Source of the DNA: Marsupella aquatica
Taxonomy: Eukaryota > Plantae > Marchantiophyta
DNA length: 64,000 bases
Assembly: GCA_973895155.1 (NCBI GenBank)
Contig: OZ316891.1
Span: forward strand, 11,592,771 to 11,656,770
Direction: 5' to 3'
The translations under genes were made by a program, and so were the position numbers. Below the pieces are notes generated by a model. It saw nothing but the letters and a program-made list of their open reading frames with translations, was not told where the DNA came from and ran no database searches. This document shows positions 51,513 through 64,000 of the stretch, piece after piece; within the stretch, counting starts at the first letter, position 1, and each line of letters opens with the position of its first letter.

Positions 51513-54500
51513 TTATTTGGTGAACTTCTCAGCATCAGGATCAAGCCTCCGTTGAATGGCTTGAGCAGCCTGCAAAATGACAACAAAGGTCACTACATTT
51601 AAAAGAATAGGCCCTGTACATTTGATTCACATTCAGGTTTCCTGAAAGCAAAATGACCAAAACTGACTGATTTGAACCATTTTCATTTGCATAGGAAAGA
51701 TAGGGAAACGTTACCTCGGTATTGCCCAATCTATACTGATACTGCATTTCCTCCCGAAGCTGTGCCTGTTCTCTCATGTCTTGAGCCTGATATATTGCAG
51801 TTTGCCAATAAGTTTCACCATAGCAGTGGTTTTATGGACAAGATAAACAAGCACAACAAAGCAGCTATCAATTGAAAACGACGATCACACTTCTTAAAAA
51901 CGTATACACCAACGACAACAGCGCGAGGTCACCATGTGCGATAGATATTTGACTAGCCAGGTTCAGAAGTTAACATGACACATAAGAAGGAATAAAGCAC
52001 AAATCCTAGGAATCAACACCGGCGAAAGCTATACACACCATTCCACTTTGCATCTTTCGCATCAGAGCTTCCACCTCAGCTTCCTTCCGCTGCTCCCGTT
52101 CCTTTTGCAATTCCAGCCTGCATGATTCACCCAGCCAACAGGAAATCAGCCATCGTCGAAGCTGAATAATATGGCGACAGTGTCCTGACAAGAAGTATAC
52201 AAGACGTGCTCCGAATTGGCAAAGATATGTTTAAGTTGGCTTTCTAATAACTAATACGGTACGGGGGCAGAATTTCAGAAATCTGTCCATATCGTGTCAA
52301 ACAAGAGACACAAGAATTTCAAAACAATCAAATTTTAATTTGTCAATAAATATATGCCAACTGGCTAGGGAACTCAGATTGTTAGATTCAGTACCGTCGA
52401 TCATCTTCATCATTGAAGTCAGTACGCTCCACATTCACCAGTGCCTTCGCAATTCCCTTCATCTTTTCCTTTGTGATCTTTCTACGGTGGTAAACATCTA
52501 AATTGTAGTATCTGGAACAAAATGAAAGCATATGAGTACCTATGATCAACTACCATTCAAATCCAAATCAGATAACTATCAATTACTCTGGCACCAACAA
52601 AAAATGCGATCCAGGGTAAGAACCAACTTCTCACTTCTTTGATGGAAATGTAGCTGTGTTGTAGTCTTCCATAAACCTGCATGTGAACGAGTAGAAAATA
52701 ATTATCTCCTTTACACCCGAGTAATAAGATCGATAAGTGAGTCTTAAATGCAGAAAGCTTTGTCAGCATTAACTACCTCAGTCAGTTTAAAGACCTCATT
52801 TGAGCATTAGGTGCCACTACAGATGCCAACGACATCCTCATAAGTCACCGGCAGCAAGACAAGGTTACTCACTCCTTGAACATTTGCTTCTCCTCCCAGT
52901 TTGTCAGAGTTTCTACATTAACCTGAATGAGTACAGCGTAGCGTGTTAACGTGATGCCAATAGAACTGAAAAGCAAATTATCTGTCATCAGCAGCATCAA
53001 AGTATGAGGTTGACAGTAACCTCGACTACTTGGCTGGAAGTTGATGGCTATCTCACGTCCTACACAGAGGAGACTAGCATCTATGTTCAAGCAGTATCCA
53101 TTGTAAAAGCATTTGCAAACTGGCCCTCCTTTAACAAATCGATCACTTGCACGTTTCAAGATTCATTCTCTACCTTCTTCACCTCGGCAAGCCATGCACT
53201 AAATTCCGGTTTTTTATTCCTGCAACAAGAACAAGGAACAAAGACAACATGTTTTGATTAGAGCTGGAGTTTGGCACAAGTTCGAGCTGAGGTTGAGCAA
53301 GTTCGATTGTGGAAATTCTCTAGAAGTCAACTTCTAACTTTCACCATTCATTGTTTCATTTGCGGTAGTGTAGACTTGAAAATAAACTTTCCGTTTGAAT
53401 GTCCATAAGGTGTTGAACAACTCAATCAAGATCAATTCTGTCTCCTTCCATCCAAGGCAAGAAGCTTGATCCTGATCGTCTCCATCTACAACAGACTGCA
53501 CAGGGAGTGCTTTACGTCCAGCATGTCTTATACCTTGACTCAGTCCTGTCAGTGCATCGTACAGGATCTATGGTCGCAGGTTCCAGAAGGGAGAGAGATG
53601 AAGAGGGTGCATAAGCATCATTAACCCTAGGCCGAGCTCCTTATACCTTCGTAACCCATCATCCGTCTGTTCGATCTACTTCTATGACTACACACAGACT
53701 TAGAGCTTCAGTTCTGCTACTTCCAATTTAGGCTCCATTCATTCACACAATTCTCTCAGAGTAAGACACATTTAAACTTTTGACTTTTGCTGTTTGGAAT
53801 TGGAGATAGGTGAAATGCAACGTACCACATGTCAATATCTTTTAGAATGCCGTACTTGCCCCAGGAACTGGTAATCGGCTTTTTCGATCGCATTTCTTTC
53901 TTCTTCTTCTTCAACTCCGCCTTCGACTTCTTTTCTTCCAACTCTCTCATCTTCTTCTTCATTTTGCGCTTCTTTTCCCTCTCCAGCTCTCTCTCCTTTT
54001 CCTTCCGCCTCCTCTTCTTTCGTTGCTTCCTGGCCTTCTCTCTTTGCGCTGAATCCTCGCTTTCAGATGCCTCACTGCTACTAGTCGACGCACTCTCACT
54101 CTCAGACCCTTCATCAGATGATGTCTCCCTCCTGCGATGCTTCCTCTTTTTCCCTCTGCTGCGCTCACTATGCTTCCTACTATGCCTCCTATGCTTCTCC
54201 TGTCTCTTCGGACTTTTTTTTCTCGCCCTTGCATCATTGCTTTCCTTATCTTCCTCTCTCTCCGAGCCAGAATGATCATTGTCTACGTCTAATTTCCGTG
54301 AGCCTCTGATACGACCTTCCTCATTTCCTCCGTGATCAGTCCTATGCTTCTCCCGCCTTGTCGACTTTCTCTTTTTCTCCTTCACGTCTTTCCCGTCCTC
54401 ATCTTCTTCATTGTCTTCGTCAGAATCACCGCTGTCAACGTCGTCTGATTTCCGAGCCCCTCTGGTGCGCTCTTCCCGATTGCCGCCCTCATCGTCATCG

Positions 54501-55633
54501 GAGGTCGCGCTTATGGTATCTTCGGTTGCAATTTTACTCAACATCTGCGGTTTCTGTTCACCATTTTCCTCCGAATCCCCTCTGTCACTACCATCGTCAC
54601 CACTCTTCCGCTCTCCACTTCCGGAATCGCTTGTTTGGTGTAAATATTTAGTATTGTGCCTCTTTTCTTCATCATTGATCTCTTTACCGCTTTCCTGTAT
54701 GATAGTTTCCTCCACGTCTTGTTCCCCAGAAGATAAACTTTTCCTAATAATTCCCTGACGCGAATCCAAGTCCGAATTTCGATTCCTGCCTCCTCCTTCT
54801 GTTTCAATACTACCATTTGATCCGGGGCTTGTGTCTCTCCTTACGCGATCACTCCGTTCGAAGCCTCCCCTCTCAGAATCGTCATCTCCTCGGTCTCTCT
54901 CTCTATTATCTGGCACTCTTGTTTCAGGCCTTATCTCTCTCCTTACGTAGTCTCCCCGCCCGGAACCTCCTCTTGCAACATCGTCCTGTCTGCGGCCAAC
55001 TCTGTCTCTACTGTCTCCTCTCTTCGATCTGGGACTGATCTCTCTCCTCCCATTGTCACCCCGATCGAAACCTCTTCCATACCTGCGTTCACCACGTTCC
55101 CTCTCTCTGCTGCCCCCTCTTCTTTGTACAGGGCTCCAGTCTCTCCCCCAGCTGTCTCTCCGTTCCGAACCTCTGGCAAACTCACGTTCGCTTCGTTCTC
55201 TATATCTGCTAGGAAATCCTCCTCTTCGTGAGGGACTCCTATCTCTCCTCCTCCCGTTATCTTCCCGTTCCGTTCCTCTTGCGGGCTTATTGCTTGCATC
55301 CCTCTCGTGACTGCCTCCTCTTATCGATCCGGGGCTTCTCTCCCTCCTCACGTCACGTCTCCGTTCCAAACCTCTCGCAAACTCTTGCTCACTTCGGTCT
55401 CTCTCCCTACCGTTACCCCCTCGGTTTGATCCGGGGCTTCGTTCCTTTCTTCCGTTGTCACCCCATTCCGAACTCCTCGCAATCTCGTGATCACCTCGTT
55501 CTCGCTCTCTGCGCTCTCGTCCTCTTTCGACAGCACCTCCTTGTTTCGATGCAGGGCTTCTTCCGCGCCTCCGGAAGTTCTCCCGGTCTGAATCGTCCAT
55601 TGAAATGTGATCATCTCCACCGCTCGCCGCCAT
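51513..55633 (-). CDS. Conserved plant Arg/Ser/Lys/Glu-rich (probably nuclear) protein; exons 55633-53826, 53219-53174, 52922-52873, 52676-52635, 52511-52395, 52117-52039, 51786-51715, 51569-51513
   Basis: Eight exons splice in frame via GT-AG to give ITSSWGKYGILKDIDMWNKKPEFSAWLAEVKKVNVETLTNWEEKQMFKEFMEDYNTATFPSKKYYNLD...AIQRRLDPDAEKFTK*, which I recall as a conserved uncharacterised plant C-terminal domain. Confidence 0.85.
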
Positions 55634-56349
55634 CGAACGGAATTCCGGTCCAATAACCACAGAAAATCGGTCAAAAAATTTCGTCCCCCCGCTCACGCAG
55701 GCACACAGTTCCTACCATGTGCATCACCTTCGAACTACAATAGACCGGACCGTCAATGCTCTAACACTCGATTCACAGGCTTCGGAGCGATGTTTTCGAT
55801 TCTTCCAAACAGAGAGAGCTAGTTCAACTGCACTACTGTAGCTCAATCTGAAGTACCGGCAGAATTCCTTCACAGCTAACGTTTCTAACGTAATCGACGA
55901 CGCGGCGATCGACGGTGTTGTATGGCAGTGCTCTTCCGGAAGAGCAAGCGAAGGATGTCTCACGAAACGAAGCAGCGCTGTGGCGAATTGAGCAGAAACG
56001 GCAATATTCCGGTGCGCTTTACACGGTAGAAGAGGGAGGGCCCGCTACTGCAGCTACTGCAGACGGAGACACCTCATTCTGCTCCTGTTTGCCGATCTTT
56101 GGCGGCCGGACATTTGTAGCGGGACTTTGCCTTCACTCGGCTAAACTTTAGCGGGCCGACTGCTAAAGTCAGAGAGTCCCACCAATGCACACCAACAGCC
56201 CCGCCATAAAGAGCCAGGGGAGTTTAACACTGGTGCATCTGGGTTAGTGAAGGTCCCACTAACTTTGAGCTTCCCCACCCCTCCCAGGCTCCCACCTTTC
56301 ACACTCACTAAAATGTGCCAGTCCCAAGTGCATCAAGTGCACTCACCAG

Positions 56350-56436
56350 AGCAGACATTTGATCGAATGTGAGGGGGGCCGATCATGGTTGTCGCAGACA
56401 TTTGATCAAATGTGAGAGGGGCCAATCATGGTCGTC
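56350..56436. repeat. 43-bp tandem duplication
   Basis: GCAGACATTTGATCRAATGTGAGRGGGGCCRATCATGGTYGTC x2. Confidence 0.8.
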
Positions 56437-58856
56437 CATCAGTCTAGGTCGGGCTTCGGCTCGCTAGCTTGTGGAGCGCAAGACTGCCAGCCTTGGGAGG
56501 GAAAACCACTCATCGCGATGCCCAACCCTTTTGTCTATGGGGACTCTGTTTTCCAAGCATGTGAAAAGACTTAAAACTTGTGGATGCCAACCTTTTTTCC
56601 TTACACTATGGTTTGATTGTGTCCATCTGAATGTCCATCTGAATGTCTAGAACCAACCTTATGCTTTCCAAGCGTTTCAAAACAAACCAACCTTAAGCAG
56701 GTTGGCATCCATTGTCATACCATTGTTCGCTTCACCTTTGTGTCTACTCGAGCTTTTCTTTTAAATGGTTAAGACATAAAAATATACTCACATAACATCT
56801 AGTGTCGTCCAGAATAAATTGCACAGGTTGTAGTGTATAAATGTCCTGGCTACTTTTTCTAACAACTAGATTTAAAAATAGTTTATGTTTGGGGAGACAC
56901 TAGCATGGACAAGTACAGCTAGCGAGGCACCACACGCAGGTGGGCAGGGAGGAAGGGATAAGGGATTTCTTGGTGGATTGAATGGTTAAAAAAAACATGA
57001 TTTCAGCATTTAGCCAGGATTCAGTCCTATCCATTTCAAATTTTGTAAATAGCAGACAAAAGAGCTTTAGAGAGATTGCACACTTTTGTTAAATAGTAAG
57101 TCATGTCTAAGTGGCAGCATTGTTGAACATCAGGGAGATGGCCAGGCAATCAGACATTACAAGAAGTAGACAAGTCAGTCTGACAATTGGATTTCAAGGA
57201 GTGTCCAAGGTGAAAGGTTGGGCATGGAGGAGGTCACCACAATCCAGCCAGCCAAGAAAACTTCTTGCTAGAACGACAGTGAGTAAGCAAAACATTAGAA
57301 AAAAAAAGGAACAACACTCCATCGATTGTAGATTTATTAGTCTAATTAAACATGAATATGGGCAGGATACATGTTAATCATGCACATTTTCTCATGGTTT
57401 GTTTACAAAATCCTTGGCTCATTTATATTTGTACAGTATGGAGTGACTGAGTAACAATCCTGTGAATTTTACTGCACTATATATACAGATGGAGCAGTCC
57501 CAATTCCACACAATTATACACGTTCATGGGTGAGTGGATTGGTCAGGCTATCATGAGTCGACCATTCTTTGAAGGGACTTTTCACTGGTGAGTGGTGATC
57601 CTAGAGGTACTTTGGTGAAATGGCAAATTATAGAAAGTTTTTCACACCAATGTCATACTGATCTTACTTAAAAGCGCAAAGAGAAGCTAAAGTTGAGTTC
57701 TAGGTTTCTAGAGTGAAGCCTCTAGACCTTGAGTCTAGGGACTCACCAAAATTTTATAATCATGGAACGAAGGATGATATATTATGCATATTAAAATGAT
57801 GTCCTGCATGATTGTTTTTTTAATAATTTCATTAACATTCAAAGAATGCGGATTGAGGCTCACAGGCATTCAAAGAATGTGCATTGAGGCTCGCACCTAG
57901 AAAAACACTGTGGTTACTATATTTTACTTACTGTTATCTTCTTTGGAGTCAATTTTGGGTTTTCCATGTATGTATCGGTTATTTATAGAGTTTCGCAACC
58001 ATCAAATTACTATAATGTCCTATCCCGCCTCTTTTTCAGAATCGCCTGCTTACAAAAGTTGAAAAAAGCGGGAGTGAATCTTGATCATCCATTTGGAAAG
58101 ACTATTTTTCATCACCATTGGATGCAAACAAAACCATGTCATTGCCTCTCCTCTATGACATGCAATGCATCTTACTTAGCAGGATTACTCAAGTATACCT
58201 GACCACAACATACATATATATTTCTATACATATGTTTATTAAACACTTGGAAAAAAAAACACATAGTAGACCTTTCTTCAGGTGTACCCTTGGACTTCCA
58301 CACCCACAAACTATAACAAATAGTCCCATGGTGCTTTACCATGGTTGTCTTATTAAATTTGACGTTTGTAAGTGGGTTTAGGATTTCTCACGCTCATCGT
58401 TTTTTCTCCTCTTTCTCGTTTCTCCTCTTTCTCCTCTAGAACTTTTCTCACCTAGCTTGATATCTTTTCATTCCTTGACATATTTTGTCACCTGGATATC
58501 TTATCTTTTTGTCACCTTTGACATCTTTCTGTTTCACCCTAGACAATTTTCTCTCTCTTCAACATCTTTTCTTCATCTCTGTTTCTTTTTTCATCAGGAT
58601 CTTTTGTGCAACACAAAACATTGGGCTAATAGTGTAGAGTAACTCTTCCAACAAGATACCCTCTTTGCATATTACTCTAGCCCCGGTATCCTTCTATGTC
58701 TCTCGGTGACTTCTCAATTCATCATTCATGGCCATTCTCTGTAAACCCTAAATTGGTTCCCGAACTCTCTCTTTCTGAACAGATCGAGAGAACAACAGCA
58801 GGTGAAACCTCAATTCGCAATTTTTGTTGGATGTAATTTCATTCAAGCCTCAACGC

Positions 58857-58860
<4 letters not shown>

Positions 58861-58894
<34 letters not shown>
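58861..58894 (+). repeat. (AG)n microsatellite immediately before the DnaJ ATG
   Basis: 17 AG units abutting the ATG at 58895; GAGA tracts are common in plant 5' UTRs. Confidence 0.9.
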
Positions 58895-58900
<6 letters not shown>

Positions 58901-60120
58901 GAGGACGATCTATACGTCGTGTTGGGGATAGAAGGAGGAGATGCGAAAGTGTCGCCGCTCGAGATACGCAAAGCGTATCGCACACAGGCATTGGTTTGGC
59001 ACCCGGACAAGCAAGTAGGCAAGAAGCTTGTAGATGTTGCTGCGGCAGGTATGCGTCTCTGCTATTGGCTTTTGCTTCTCGTTTGTCCTCTTCTTTCGAG
59101 TTTTGTTGTTCTGAACCTGAACCTGCTGAACTGACGGAATATCTCGGTTTCGTGTCTGGCAGCCACCGAATTCGACAAGATTCAGAGAGCCCTTGAAGTT
59201 TTGGGAGACGAGAAGGCGAGGAAGGCTTACGATGAGCTCCGGGAGTTGCGAAAGAGTCGGCTGGAGAAGGAAAAGCAGCTCAGTTCCAAGCGCCAGAAGA
59301 TGATGCAAGATTTACGAGACCGGGAAAGGGCCTTCGAGAGTGAGAGGGCAGGTCAAAGGGAAGAAGATCTAGCCACGAAGCGCTTGCAAGCAGAAATCGC
59401 TAGAATTCGTGCTGCCAACAAGAGACGAACCACCGGGCAGGGGTTCGACTTCTCTGGCTTCTCGCAAGCGCCAAAGGATTCTCAAAGAGAAAAGTCCACA
59501 AAGACACAACGTGCACCAGCTTCAGCCCCAGCCCCAGACCCAGCTCAAGCCGCGGAGATGCAGAGTACTCTCAAGGTGTCCTGGACAAGCACGGATGGTG
59601 GGTCGAGTGGGTACACAGCCTCTAGGTTGAAAGAGATTTTCGAAGAATTTGGAGGTGTTGAAGATGTGGTAATCCGTGAAAGCAAATCTAGAAGAAAAGG
59701 GTCGGCTTTGGTGGTGATGAGCTCCAAAGAGGCAGCTATTGCTGCCACGAATATTCCTTGCGGGGATTTCTCGAATCCTCTGTTAGTTGTACCCGTATTG
59801 CCATCCACAAGTCTCCGGACCGAACCTGAGGTCAGCTCTCAAGCTGCACCTCTTAATGTCGTCGGGGCAGGTTATCGATCGTTTGAAAATGACGTCTTGA
59901 CAAAGATGCGACAGGTATGCATATTCTTCTCACAACAGCTCTGTGGAAGGTTAGTGGTTGTTGAGTTTTTTTTAATGCACACATGTAAGCTAGATTTTGT
60001 CAATTATGACAAAGTATAACGAGAATACAATTTACGCTGATACTCACTGGGTAACTGTTGCAGGCTGCTGAACGTGCCCGGGTTATCAAGGAAATGCAAG
60101 AAGAAGATGCCAAGGGTTAG
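58895..60120 (+). CDS. DNAJC17: DNAJC17/Cwc23-like J-domain plus RRM protein; exons 58895-59048, 59163-59914, 60064-60120
   Basis: DLYVVLGI..EIRKAYR.QAL.WHPDK J-domain; SKRQKMMQDLRDRER coil; TLKVSW..YTASRLKEIFEEFGGVEDVVIR RRM; C-terminal FENDVLTKMRQAAERAR. Confidence 0.9.
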
Positions 60121-61309
60121 GTTTTAGGTCAAAAGCTTGGATTTTTCAGAAGAGATTGACGCCTACAGATTGAAATGCTGGTGTAGAAACCGATATTTAG
60201 AGCGATGGAGTGGACCTAAGATGGAAACTTTTCTTTTGGGAATGGACAGTCTTCTGTCTTCGTTTGACCAAATTCATGGTTAGTATTCTAAACCTTGTGC
60301 TCTTGCTCATCCAAATCAATTTGCGAGCAAATTGGCTAGCTGAGAAGCATTGGCCAGTCTGTATACTTTCGAACGAAAATTTGACTTTTCTACTTGCTGA
60401 GGCGTTCACCGAGAAGCTTTTCCTGACGGCACATCTGACATTGAAGCTGGTCTGGTACAAAGTGCCAAAATTGCTTGCACCTAAGTGCCAGAGTGCCTTA
60501 GTTGTGACATTGTTTGGATGCGAGGAGTGGGATATTAATGTTCACTAGAGTAATCTTCATGAACTGATTTCGAGTGTGAAGTAACCCTCTTGACGACTGT
60601 TAGGTAACCTGGTGGTCTCCTAGGGTTTCTATGAACTGATAGTCTAATTAAAGCAGACTTTTGGAAAAGAAAATTTACCTTTTTACATACCCACTGCAAC
60701 CTCTTTCCCCTCGACGATTCTAATCTACTGCTTCTTCAACGAGAGGTGGTCTTGATCTATTGCACAGTGACGAGGCACGTTTGTCAAGTTATGCCTTCTG
60801 AGTATAATTTTATTCTTAAGTGCAGTGCTATGTTGTGCTTCCAGCTTGTCTCCGGTGACAACCTTCAATTTGGTTGTGGAAAATCATTGAAACGTTGCTG
60901 GTCAATACCATGGCCCACTTCCATGGAATGTTAGGTATGCATTATTTCTGGACACTCTGGAAAATGTCTTTGCTGGAGGGGTTATGAATTGTCCTCTGAT
61001 CAAGACGTCTTGACGTATGCACTTCTATGAAGTACGAAGTATTTTTTAGTTTGTCCTGCAGGTCCACATCGTGTCCTCTAGTATCTGTTGATAAACTTCT
61101 GTTCTTTTCGTCTTTGAAGCAAGAGGAGGACAGGATCTGCTATCAGGCAACATCACCTTGCATAATTATTACACGAAGTTACTTGGAATAGCCAGTGATT
61201 ATTCTGCAGGGCCGCAGCATAATTTGGCAGTGTGCTGGTGCATGGAATGCCAACGCTCGAAGACACTATCCTCATGTCCATTCTTTGGGATGCTTCCGTG
61301 GTCCGGGCT

Positions 61310-62285
61310 ATGAAGATCAAATAATGTGAGAGTACCAGAGCGGCACAAAGTTGATGTCACTGCTATCAGTAAGATTTTTCGTCATTTCGACTGCATTGCC
61401 AAACCGCAGCATTATGTTGTAGCGATCTACAGTAGGAAGGCAGTTAGTTCGGATTGATAACGTCGCGCCGTAGTTTTTCTCAGACTTGAATGTAGACCTT
61501 TATACTCGTAGTTGGGGGCACCGTATAGTTTATTTCTGCTTTCGCTTTGGAAATTAGCGAGGTGGCGTATTCAAATGGAACCCACCATCGAATTTGTCGA
61601 TGGGCATGTAACGAAAACAACTATATTCAGGCATATCTCACCTGTACACATCGGACATGCGCTTTGTTTGGGTCGCTCAATCTTCTCAGCAAGGTCTTCA
61701 GTAGTTCCAGACTTAGATGCATAAGAAATCAAGCCTGTGGACTTGGGCTATCTGGCGGCTTGTGGTAATACGCAATGCACGTCACTGCCGTCTTGTCAGG
61801 TCGGCTTGTTGGAATATTGGTGTGTATGCCGAAAAGTTCTAAAGGTTGCAGCCTAGACTTCGACTTCCGTAGATGGGTTTATGAACAACCTTTCGTGGGG
61901 CAATGAGCATTTGTGTGGAAAACGTTATGGACCAAATTCTTTTGAATGCATGTCTCCGTGAATTCGGCTTTGTAGTTTCTACGTATGCAGAAATTTTCTT
62001 GGAGTGACAAAAGCTCTGGTTCTTACTCCAAAATATCAACAATCGATGTGTCAAGTAAACAATACAGATGGGGAGTGAGATTCTCCATGAACCTGTTCAA
62101 ACAAGCTGTATTTCTCAAGCCACTCTGAAGGGCCTTGAGAATGGAAGAACCGAAGACGTGTGAGGCCACATTTGCATCTAGTTGAGATGAAGGCACAGCT
62201 CGAACGTGGGCCGCCCCACTGACTATTAGATTTTCTTCCAAGTCCTTCACTCCGGAGAACTTCACTTTTTCGTGAGAAGTCTAAT
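61310..62285 (-). pseudogene. Decayed long reading frame of uncertain family
   Basis: One frame runs ~320 codons with only scattered TAA/TAG/TGA, several plausibly from CAA/CAG/CGA; identity uncertain. Confidence 0.35.
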
Positions 62286-63029
62286 TTCTGTAAACGACTC
62301 CTTCACTTGTAAACTGTCCACCCTTGCATTGTTTTGAAAAGTGAAAGCAAAAACACATTCCCCCTAAGATATGTGCCAGAATTTAAACATCTAAGTGGAA
62401 ACAAGGATGGACACAAATGTGATGCTTGGAAGGACAAGCTAAACCTTGATGGACATGAATGCAACATTTAAATCTACTCACATGCGTTACACCTTGGCTC
62501 CAAAGATGACATACAAATATGCATGGACTGGCAATGGAAGGTTTTCAGTGGATTCCTTGGTATTCTGTCCATGCAACCCAGTTTGTTCTGCTCCACCTGA
62601 AGGAGTTGGGTTCTTTGGTTATCATTATTAGTGTATACAGGACCCCTTACACTTTCTCTCTCCACTGAGCTTTGAACATGGTTTTGGTGGAAATATGTAG
62701 CTATCTTACACTTGTTTATCATCCCACTGCAAAGTTTTGGGGAATATTGTGACATTATAAAGTTCCACTCTCAATCCTTCTTCTCTTTATTCAAGCCTCC
62801 ACTTAAGATGGTTGTGGTGGAAAAAGCTTTCGTACATTATCTATATCATGCCACGGTGAAGTTTGAGGGGAAACAGTGACTCTGTAAAGTATCTTCATCC
62901 CAGCTTCCACTTAATCATGGTTTTGTTGAGAAAAAGTATTGAAAGGATAAAATCGACATGGTTTCCATAATACCTACTCTTAAAGCACTCCACAGTTTTT
63001 ATTTTTCTGTTTTGGATAGCCTAAAATTA

Positions 63030-63755
63030 AATGACATTGATGATGCATGTCTCTCAGTTACTACAATCGACCACAATTCAATCTTTTTATCACATATGTA
63101 GATGCAGACCATTAGCTCATCAGGGATGGCACTGGTAGATCTTTATCACTTATTTTCCCTTCTTTTCTAGGGAAAGTTTCCATTATGACTTATTTTCCCG
63201 ATTCATTTGAAGTAGGGGTTTGCCCTCTCTGAACGTCTTGCTTTACCTTCATTATATTTAGTTAGCCCTTTTAGTAAACTGGTCCTTTTCATACTCTAGG
63301 GGGTAGCAAAAAGAACTGTTTTCCATTCACCCTCCCCTCTTCTATTGCATAGCATCAAAAGTCACTCACATTGATGAACCATTTCTCCCCAGTTTCTACA
63401 ATTGACTACGATTCATTCTCCTTATCTCCCATGTAGCTGTGGACCATTATCTCATCCCACTATTGCTGGGGTAGATGGCAGATCTTTATCACTTGTTTTA
63501 CTTCTTTCTAGGTTTTGGGGTTCATTTCAATTTGGTATTTGTCCTCTCTAAACCTCTTTTGCTTTTCCTCCGTTATACTTAGTTTGGTCCTTTTCAGTAA
63601 AGTGGTCCTTTTTCAACCTCTAGGGAGGGTGGCAGAAAGAGCTGTCTTCCATTCACCCCTCCCCCCTTTCTATTGGAGAGCCTCCAAAGTCACTCACATT
63701 GATGAAGTATGTCTCTCAGTTTCTGCAATCGACGACAACTCAATCTCCTTCTCAC
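63030..63755. repeat. Degenerate ~330-bp tandem repeat (about 2.2 copies)
   Basis: ACATTGATGA..TCTC.CAGTT.CT.CAAT.GAC at ~63034, 63369 and 63697; AGATCTTTATCACTT and TTCCATTCACCC each repeated. Confidence 0.75.
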
Positions 63756-64000
63756 GGAAGAACTTTAGTTTTCCAGCAGCTCGTCGACAAATCGCTTTAG
63801 TACTCATGCGCATCACATTTTCAGGTGGGCGTCTGAGAAAAAGCACCCTTTCCACTGGGACGAATGAGAAGCACTGGAGTGCGTCAATAGTCAATCGCTC
63901 GGTCAGCAAGGATTGTGCATTGTGGTCAAAGCATTGAATCTCTTTTCCCAGTTCTCTGCTGAGAGACACCCCTCATCACTGAAACGGCTGTGAACTTTTA

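Overview
Eukaryotic nuclear DNA from a land plant, with GT-AG introns. The lineage cannot be fixed from sequence alone, though a bryophyte or other non-seed plant is plausible. Host genes in order: the 3' exons of a type II pantothenate kinase, a single-exon 906-aa P-type PPR gene, a class I RNase T2, an intron-containing EEF1AKMT1/N6AMT2 pseudogene, the nuclear-encoded mitochondrial ATP synthase beta subunit, an 8-exon Arg/Ser/Lys-rich protein and a DNAJC17/Cwc23-like J-domain gene. Positions 9433-32481 are a resolvable 23-kb nest of LTR elements: an old Ty1/Copia (TSD TCTCC) carries two large solo LTRs and a very young related Copia with apparently identical LTRs, and one solo LTR itself contains a third Copia. 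The most interesting signal is that two diverged Copia elements both separate gag from pol by an in-frame UGA at the same position (..YVL-UGA..), pointing to programmed stop-codon readthrough. The same two elements share a highly conserved structured 5' leader and a 3'-UTR stem with a compensatory base change. Exon boundaries and alignments were read by eye; no searches were run.
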